Positions 26,558-32,000 of a DNA stretch of 32,000 nt are shown here, in pieces; within the stretch, counting starts at the first letter, position 1; every line of letters starts with the position of its first letter. Source of the stretch: Candidatus Lokiarchaeum ossiferum (GTDB taxonomy: Archaea > Asgardarchaeota > Lokiarchaeia > Sigyniarchaeales > Promethearchaeaceae). The stretch is from NCBI GenBank assembly GCA_025839675.1, contig CP104013.1, positions 1,560,001-1,592,000 of the forward strand, given 5' to 3'. Under the pieces are notes generated by a model, which was given only the letters and a program-made list of their open reading frames with translations, was not told where the DNA came from and did not search any database. Made by a program: the position numbers and the translations under genes.

Positions 26558-26802
26558 TACTTATCAAAACATCAACCAAAGTAATTTTTAGTCATTTATT
26601 TGTATTTCATTTCTTGAGTTTTGAACCATTTTGATTAAATTATAAGAAAAAAAATACTTTTATATTGAAAAGTTTAGGGAAATGCAAAAATGGTCGGAGA
26701 AGTAAAAAAATTTTACATGATCGTCTTTCTCTTAGACAATTTTTGGGAATGCTATGCTATCTAACAGACATCGACGCAGAGAATTACTAGGCATTTCCTG
26801 AG

Positions 26803-27804
26803 TTGGTGGTGATCTATTTTTGTCTTCCAAGTTCACTACAGGAACATATTCTTCTTATCGCTTGCCTAATACAGCGCTATAAACTCATTCCTGGAAGGGT
26901 TTGCTCATTTTCTCGCTTTTTGGCCGTGAAATATAAATTTGTTTCGCCAAAGGTTTTTTCTTGGACTTCGATTTACGTATATTTGATCACCCTTGATGTT
27001 GCTCTACTATCCGATCTAAGTATATCAGATGAGAGTTGCTTCAACGAATATATTCGGAAAGAAGACGAACTATTGGAAGGTTTGGGAAAAATTATTGAAT
27101 CTTTACTCAGAATTGAGAAAAAAGTTCAAACACTTCAAAAACATCTATACAGGGATTTTATATTTTGTGCGCGGGCGATACCCAAAAGCGGATTGCAACT
27201 TGTGAGTTTGGACGACTCCCCGAAGCCCTTCCAGAAAGTAAAGGATAAATATAAATTTCTAAACTGTGATGATGGGATTATGAATATTCAACCCGACCAA
27301 CAGGAAAACCAGATCCACCATTGTAAAAAATGTAACGAATTAACCCCCCATTCATTATGTGAAAACTGTAGTTCATGGGTATGTGATTATTGTGCATTTG
27401 GGTGTTCCCATTGCAAGAAAGTAATTTGTGTGGATTGTCTGAAAGTAGTGCTGGGAGAAGAATATGAGGTTGTGGGATATCCTTGTACCTACTGTGAAGG
27501 ACAGGGTAAAATTGAGAAAATTCAAACTCGCATTTATCACCACCCTTGCAAAAACTTATTTAAAAAGAAATTTATCCAATATCGAATCGAAAAATTACTT
27601 GTTGTGCTATTTTGGTTCGTAAGTGTGGGAATTATGGGACTTTTCACATATATTTTCTTTATACTTATATTACCAACAGAACATCTCGGGCCAAAGATAT
27701 TTGCGGGAATTGTTATTGGACTTTTGGATCTAGAAGTTATATACTTCCTTCCAGCTGTTATAAAGGGAAAAGTCACAATTTCTTTTGGCGCGAGTGATGA
27801 GTGA
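26803..27804 (+). CDS. Cys-rich (six CxxC) zinc-binding protein with two C-terminal TM helices; N-terminal extent uncertain
   Basis: HHCKKCNELTPHSLCENCSSWVCDYCAFGCSHCKKVICVDCL...YPCTYCEGQG, followed by LLVVLFWFVSVGIMGLFTYIFFILIL and IFAGIVIGLLDLEVIYFLPAV. The track start is TTG and the first in-frame ATG is at 27280. The 159 codons before it are stop-free but compositionally odd. Confidence 0.55.
   Translation: MVVIYFCLPSSLQEHILLIACLIQRYKLIPGRVCSFSRFLAVKYKFVSPKVFSWTSIYVYLITLDVALLSDLSISDESCFNEYIRKEDELLEGLGKIIESLLRIEKKVQTLQKHLYRDFIFCARAIPKSGLQLVSLDDSPKPFQKVKDKYKFLNCDDGIMNIQPDQQENQIHHCKKCNELTPHSLCENCSSWVCDYCAFGCSHCKKVICVDCLKVVLGEEYEVVGYPCTYCEGQGKIEKIQTRIYHHPCKNLFKKKFIQYRIEKLLVVLFWFVSVGIMGLFTYIFFILILPTEHLGPKIFAGIVIGLLDLEVIYFLPAVIKGKVTISFGASDE
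27036..27150 (+). repeat. 115-bp segment duplicated at 27954-28068 (copy 1, inside the CDS)
   Basis: The ungapped alignment shows 6 mismatches in 115 bp. It encodes CFNEYIRKEDELLEGLGKIIESLLRIEKKVQTLQKHLY. Confidence 0.9.
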
Positions 27805-27825
27805 TAGCAACTGGAAATGAAACTG

Positions 27826-27941
27826 GATCAAAAACTTAGAAATATATTTTTTGATTGAAACAAATGAAAATTTCCAGCCTATAATTCCATCTAAAAGAGT
27901 TATTACATATATCAGACAAACGCATAAATTTCCAAAAAAAC
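27826..27941 (+). repeat. ~116-bp intergenic repeat, copy A
   Basis: gatcaaaaacttagaaat...ccatctaaaagagttattacatat...gacaaacg...aaaaaaac aligns by eye to 29814-29928 at roughly 85% identity with a few indels. Both copies are in the same orientation. Confidence 0.8.
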
Positions 27942-28203
27942 ATCTGCTGAAAATTGCTTCAACGAATATATTCGGAAAGAAGACGAAATATTGGAAGGTT
28001 TAGGAAATATTATTGAATTTTTACTCATAATTGAGAAAAAAGTTCAAACACTTCAATAACATCTATACCAGATCTTCGAGAGATATGAGGACGCGGACGG
28101 AAAACGGCTCCAATATTTTCTCGATAGATTCTTGTTTAACAGAAATGATGGGCGTAAACTAATTTTTAAGCAAAAAAAACATCCCCACATTTCCATGGAC
28201 TGA
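27928..28203 (+). pseudogene. Gene fragment containing duplicate copy 2, interrupted by a TAA
   Basis: The frame opens after the stop at 27925-27927 and has no start codon: ...NCFNEYIRKEDEILEGLGNIIEFLLIIEKKVQTLQ*HLYQIFERYEDADGKRLQYFLDRFLFNRNDGRKLIFKQKKHPHISMD*. Confidence 0.45.
27954..28068 (+). repeat. 115-bp duplicate (copy 2) carrying an in-frame stop
   Basis: Same segment 918 bp downstream. Substitutions give L>I, K>N, S>F, R>I and K>stop (aaa>taa), plus one synonymous change. Confidence 0.9.
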
Positions 28204-28243
28204 TCCCTGCCTTTTAATTTCAGAGATTATTTGTGAATATTCT

Positions 28244-28492
28244 CTATTTCTTTTCTTTTTCAAGGCTTTCAAAATACAATCTTTTAAAAAATGACAATTC
28301 ACGCTCTAAATCTTTAATTTTTGATTCTAACTCGCTAATTTTGTCTTTTTTTTTATTCAAATTTTTGATTGTAGTGTTAGACATTCCACTTCCAAATTTA
28401 TCAAATAACTTTTTCTGAATTTCGTCATAGGATAAACCTTCTTCAGTTAATTTCTTTGCAAATTCGATTTTTTCTCTGCTAGAACGAGGCAT
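28244..28492 (-). CDS. Small HTH plus coiled-coil/leucine-zipper protein
   Basis: 82 aa. MPRSSREKIEFAKKLTEEGLSYDEIQKKLFDKFGSGMSNTTIKNL is HTH-like. It is followed by a basic patch and heptad-like ISELESKIKDLERELSFFKRLYFESLEKEKK. The layout resembles IS3-type OrfA, but no DDE ORF follows. Confidence 0.55.
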   Translation of the reverse strand: MPRSSREKIEFAKKLTEEGLSYDEIQKKLFDKFGSGMSNTTIKNLNKKKDKISELESKIKDLERELSFFKRLYFESLEKEKK

Positions 28493-28542
28493 TTTGATCT
28501 CTCCAATCCACCTTGGATTTATTTTGATAAAAAAAAAAAATT

Positions 28543-29568
28543 CTACACCGAAGTATCAGTATTGTGCGCTTGACCCGTAAAATCATTCGAATGCTGTTTA
28601 ATTATATGGTCTTCGAATTTTTCCTGAAAAACTTGATTAAATTTAGACTTCATTTGCAGAAGGAGAGTGAAACAATATCCTATTGCAATTCCATGTCCAA
28701 ATCTAAACGGTATCATTAACCAAAGTGAATAATATTCGAAAATATACCCGGAAAAGCTTGGAACGGAGCGAGAAACAATACCAAAGGGTGAGAAGAAATT
28801 CACTATGATCAACCATATGATAATTATCAATATTCCACCTGTAAACCAAAGTAGGGCTTTTTTTCTTTTATCTGAAAAGAAGTCAAAATCCTGAGAGATA
28901 ATATCCTTCTTGTTACAACTTCTAAAAAAGTGCAGCTTCTGTTTTATCAAAATCATGTTCATAGGACGGGTGAACAAAATTCTTTTTTTTTCGTTGGTAT
29001 TGTCCCTAATTTCATGTTTAACTTTCTGAGCGACTCGAATTTCCCTTCGCATAATAATCCAGGATTTAATTGATATGACTAAAATCATCACTATGAGTAG
29101 TATACTTAAGAATAGTGAGAAATATGATAAAAGATTCTTCACGTAGAAATATACCATCAAAGGAGTTACTTCAATTGCAGATCCCCCAATTGCCCCAAAT
29201 TGACCCGAATTTTCAACTAATGAGATCCAATCTATGTTCAGTGAAAAAATAATTCCAGGTGTACAATTGAAAAGGAAATGAATTGTTTCAATAAAAACCA
29301 ATGAAATACTAAGAAAACTGAAGAAAATTTTCCAAAATACGGATGATTCTGCCTTAATCATGCCAATTAAGTATAGTATAACAAAAAATATTACAGCTGG
29401 TGCTAAATAAAAAAGAAAACTATTATAGTAATATATTAACAGCACCCCAGATGGATTAATTCCTCTAATAGGAATAATTCCAAATAAATCTCCGGAGGGA
29501 TAAATGAGAAAGATCTCATAGAGTACTAAAAAAAAAAGAATTCCAGTTAGTTGTTTAGTTTTTACCAT
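28543..29568 (-). CDS. Polytopic membrane protein, unknown function
   Basis: 341 aa. About 7-8 hydrophobic helices surround a basic cytoplasmic loop (RREIRVAQKVKHEIRDNTNEKKRILFTRP). ATG start. Confidence 0.65.
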   Translation of the reverse strand: MVKTKQLTGILFFLVLYEIFLIYPSGDLFGIIPIRGINPSGVLLIYYYNSFLFYLAPAVIFFVILYLIGMIKAESSVFWKIFFSFLSISLVFIETIHFLFNCTPGIIFSLNIDWISLVENSGQFGAIGGSAIEVTPLMVYFYVKNLLSYFSLFLSILLIVMILVISIKSWIIMRREIRVAQKVKHEIRDNTNEKKRILFTRPMNMILIKQKLHFFRSCNKKDIISQDFDFFSDKRKKALLWFTGGILIIIIWLIIVNFFSPFGIVSRSVPSFSGYIFEYYSLWLMIPFRFGHGIAIGYCFTLLLQMKSKFNQVFQEKFEDHIIKQHSNDFTGQAHNTDTSV

Positions 29569-29813
29569 TTATGTTCAATGAATATAAAGTAACTCTAGTA
29601 TTTAAATGATTACTATAAATTATCATAGTTATGATAAATATCTTTTATTAATCTCATAAATATCCTTTTTAACAAAGCGCTGATGGAGAATATTTTATAA
29701 ATTACTATAGTTAAATATGGAAATATCATAACTCAAAAATATGTTCAAAAAAGATTTCAAAAGGACAACAAGATAAAATAAACATTTCATTTTCCAAATA
29801 ATACCATTGAAAA

Positions 29814-29928
29814 GATCAAAAACTTAGAAATGATATTTTGATTGAATTAAATGAAAATTTACGGTCTATAACTCCATCTAATAGAATTATTACATATCAT
29901 GGACAAACGAATAATTTCTAAAAAAACG
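29814..29928 (+). repeat. ~116-bp intergenic repeat, copy B
   Basis: See copy A. Copy B lies immediately 3' of the minus-strand LRR gene stop (29943). Confidence 0.8.
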
Positions 29929-29942
29929 ATTTTTTAATAGTA

Positions 29943-30911
29943 TCAAAAAGAAATCCCGCCAATCTTGCACCCATTTTTCTCTAAATTTTTTAACCAAACA
30001 ACTTGTTCTTCCGATAATTGGAGATCTAAACCATCGAAGGCAATTGTCTTCAGATTGCCCAATTTTACAATTCGGGCCGGTAGAGTTGTTAATGCATTAT
30101 GGGATAGATCCATATCTTCGAGGTTTCTCAATTCACAAAAACTACTGGGAATTTGCGGAATCTTATTTCCTTTGAACGAGATTGCTTTAAGATTCAAGAG
30201 ATTTTTGATCCTTGAATCAATTTCATCGATCTTATTGTCATTTAAAATGAGAGAGGTCAGGTTGGGAAGATGAAATACTTCTTCAGGAATATTTTCAAAT
30301 AAATTACCCCCTAGATCTAATTTTTTGAGAGTAGTTAGGAGCAGAACACTTTTGGAAAGCGATTTTAATTGGTTATGATGGAGATCAAGTTCTTCTAAAT
30401 TTTCCAACCATCCAATCGTTTTAGGTAAACTAGTTAAATTATTTCGCCGTAACCCCAAAATTCTAAGGTTTTTTAATTGGAAAATATCCTCAGGCACGTT
30501 TTTTAGGCCACATTCATCTAAATCAAGGTTTGTTACACTTTTGTTCTCAATTGTGCGGATGCTAATGAGGGCTCTATTCGATTTTCCGATTTTATCCTCA
30601 AGAGTTTGAAGAAATTCAACTTCATTCTCCCAAAGTTCGGTTGTATTATAAAAAGAAGTTTTCTCGGGTGAGATTAGGATCCGGTTTGGATCAAGACTCG
30701 CTGATTTAGTAGATGCGATATTTTTTTTGTCTCTTTCTTCTCCCTTATCCATTTTTTTTAAAGGATCTTTCCTTTTCATGGGAGCATTTTGCTTTTTATC
30801 ACCGTGGGTATGGTCATCCGTTTCGGAGGAAAATGCAGAGAGAAGATTGTTCAAAGAATCATTTGGTAACGAATTTTCTTTTTCCTTCTTTTTACGTAAG
30901 AATTTACTCAT
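29943..30911 (-). CDS. Leucine-rich repeat protein with polybasic/low-complexity N-terminus
   Basis: About eight 23-residue LRRs (LKNLRILGLRRNNLTSLPKTIGW, LENLEELDLHHNQLKSLSKSVLL, ...). C-terminal cap EEQVVWLKNLEKNGCKI is paralogous to that of 3474-4358. The N-terminal ~95 aa is K/D/E-rich. Confidence 0.85.
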   Translation of the reverse strand: MSKFLRKKKEKENSLPNDSLNNLLSAFSSETDDHTHGDKKQNAPMKRKDPLKKMDKGEERDKKNIASTKSASLDPNRILISPEKTSFYNTTELWENEVEFLQTLEDKIGKSNRALISIRTIENKSVTNLDLDECGLKNVPEDIFQLKNLRILGLRRNNLTSLPKTIGWLENLEELDLHHNQLKSLSKSVLLLTTLKKLDLGGNLFENIPEEVFHLPNLTSLILNDNKIDEIDSRIKNLLNLKAISFKGNKIPQIPSSFCELRNLEDMDLSHNALTTLPARIVKLGNLKTIAFDGLDLQLSEEQVVWLKNLEKNGCKIGGISF

Positions 30912-31208
30912 ATGTATATGAGAGAAACCAAAATTGTTTTTAAATGTTTAGCGATGTGAGAATTTTGAATAAAGAATCAAATTAAGGGGAGTTTTTGTAT
31001 CTTTCAAGAATCGAATTGCAATTGCAGTTTAGCCCTTTCAATAACGTTTTAATTAAGAAAAGACATTTTTGATGTACTTTAATTGAACTAACCGAAAATT
31101 TAATCGAGTATATGAAGGTTTTATTTCTATGTTTTACATTAACTATGATAGTTTCATTTTAGTTTTTTTATCAGCATTTTTGACAATAATTAGAACGAGG
31201 AAAAAAAA

Positions 31209-31961
31209 TTACGCAAAAATAAGCGAAAGTATCCCTATATTAATCCCATAACAGAGAAAAGCAAGGAATAGTCCAGCTACAACGATAATTAGCATCTCAT
31301 TAATGAATCGTTTTTGTGGTTCCAAGCTGGGGGTTTCCACAGCATAATTAGGACATTGAGTTATATTCAGTTTCATTCCCAAATACATTAGAATCGTTCC
31401 AGTGATTATTTCAATGATACAAAGACTAAAGAGCACGATCAAAGGGTTTACCCCATAGGATCCAAAATTAGTTTCAAATAATATGGTGATCATTGCACCG
31501 AAATTGAGCATCAACCCCCCTAAAAATCGAAAATAACTGATTTTTGTTGGTTCTATCCACCATGCCTTAAGATTGGTCTGACAAATTGGACAAGGGTGAG
31601 CCTTACCAAGTTCATTAGCAGATTTGGGTCGAAATTTAACACTTTTAGCACATTGAGGGCACCAATAGGCCATGCGAGGAATTCCATGAACCCATCCGGA
31701 AGTTGCGGGATAGATCCCGTTGGCATTTTCTAATGACTTGTTGGGAACATTAACGGCGAAGGGTTTTGTTTGTTCAATAGGACTTTCAGTTAAGTCCGGA
31801 ATTCCAAGAAGGAACCATATTGCGATGGAGATTAGAACAGCCAGAACTATTAATACGAGGAAACGAGAAATAAAGTATCCTACCGAGCTGCCACCAACAA
31901 AACTTAAAATAACAGAAACAAATATTCGCAACCCTTGCAAAATCGACAAAATTTTGGGCAT
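31209..31961 (-). CDS. Membrane protein with an embedded CPxC...CPxC zinc ribbon
   Basis: Two N-terminal TM helices, a loop with WCPQCAKSVKFRPKSANELGKAHPCPICQTNL, then 3-4 more TM helices. ATG start. Confidence 0.7.
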   Translation of the reverse strand: MPKILSILQGLRIFVSVILSFVGGSSVGYFISRFLVLIVLAVLISIAIWFLLGIPDLTESPIEQTKPFAVNVPNKSLENANGIYPATSGWVHGIPRMAYWCPQCAKSVKFRPKSANELGKAHPCPICQTNLKAWWIEPTKISYFRFLGGLMLNFGAMITILFETNFGSYGVNPLIVLFSLCIIEIITGTILMYLGMKLNITQCPNYAVETPSLEPQKRFINEMLIIVVAGLFLAFLCYGINIGILSLIFA

Positions 31962-32000
31962 AATTCCATGTTTCCAATATAAAAGGAATAATGCAAAGGA

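Noticed and set aside
27794-27949. GUGAUGA C-box-like motif overlapping the stop of 26803-27804, with a CUGA ~150 nt downstream.
   Set aside because: The spacing is far too long for an archaeal C/D sRNA, and the intervening CTGG motifs are not D boxes.
26484-29942. Integrated mobile element at the tRNA-His 3' end (tRNA, then odd genes, repeats and a pseudogene).
   Set aside because: No integrase, transposase or capsid-like gene is present, and I could not find a duplicate of the tRNA 3' segment (att-like repeat) downstream. The region is kept only as a rearrangement-prone zone.
31013-31024. 10-bp perfect palindrome tgcaattgca ~100 nt upstream of the second LRR gene, as a possible operator.
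   Set aside because: It is a single short AT-rich palindrome with no second copy upstream of the paralogous LRR gene. That is insufficient evidence.
1-32000. CRISPR arrays, rRNA genes, additional tRNAs, inteins in infB.
   Set aside because: No regularly spaced direct repeats are present, and no other GC-rich structured islands appear in the spacers. infB has the normal ~620-aa length with contiguous GTPase motifs.

Overview
AT-rich archaeal chromosomal window. The domain call rests on a core of archaeal information-processing genes at 15.4-19.3 kb (aIF5B, S6e, L24e, S28e, L7Ae, RpoN) and one tRNA-His at 26.5 kb. Internal operon genes carry GGTGA/GAGGT Shine-Dalgarno-like motifs, several other genes have TATA-like boxes about 25-35 nt upstream of the start, and oligo-T tracts follow the stops. 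The rest looks accessory. It includes a sugar-modification string (epimerase, FkbM methyltransferase) with an HNH nuclease, and two leucine-rich-repeat (LRR) proteins. There are two MFS-type transporters, each associated with a ~115-130 aa longin/roadblock-like domain (one as a separate gene, one fused) and with an alpha/beta-hydrolase. There is also a 1050-aa TrmB-like protein whose wHTH and C-terminal domains are separated by ~800 aa of polar helical repeats. A sensory patch holds a dCache-PAS MCP, a membrane histidine kinase, an Isf-like flavoprotein and a decayed kinase fragment. Two GNATs, several membrane proteins and two zinc-ribbon membrane proteins complete the set. A scrambled zone downstream of the tRNA contains a 115-bp internal gene-fragment duplication and a pair of ~116-bp intergenic repeats. 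I found no rRNA, CRISPR array, transposase or integrase. The combination of LRR and longin-like domains with low GC is compatible with an Asgard (Loki-like) archaeon, but that is a guess from content, not demonstrated. The best candidates for something undescribed are the duplicated MFS + longin-like + hydrolase module and the giant TrmB-like helical-repeat protein. The tRNA-His appears eukaryote-like (A73, no encoded G-1). Many starts in the ORF track are TTG and are therefore uncertain.
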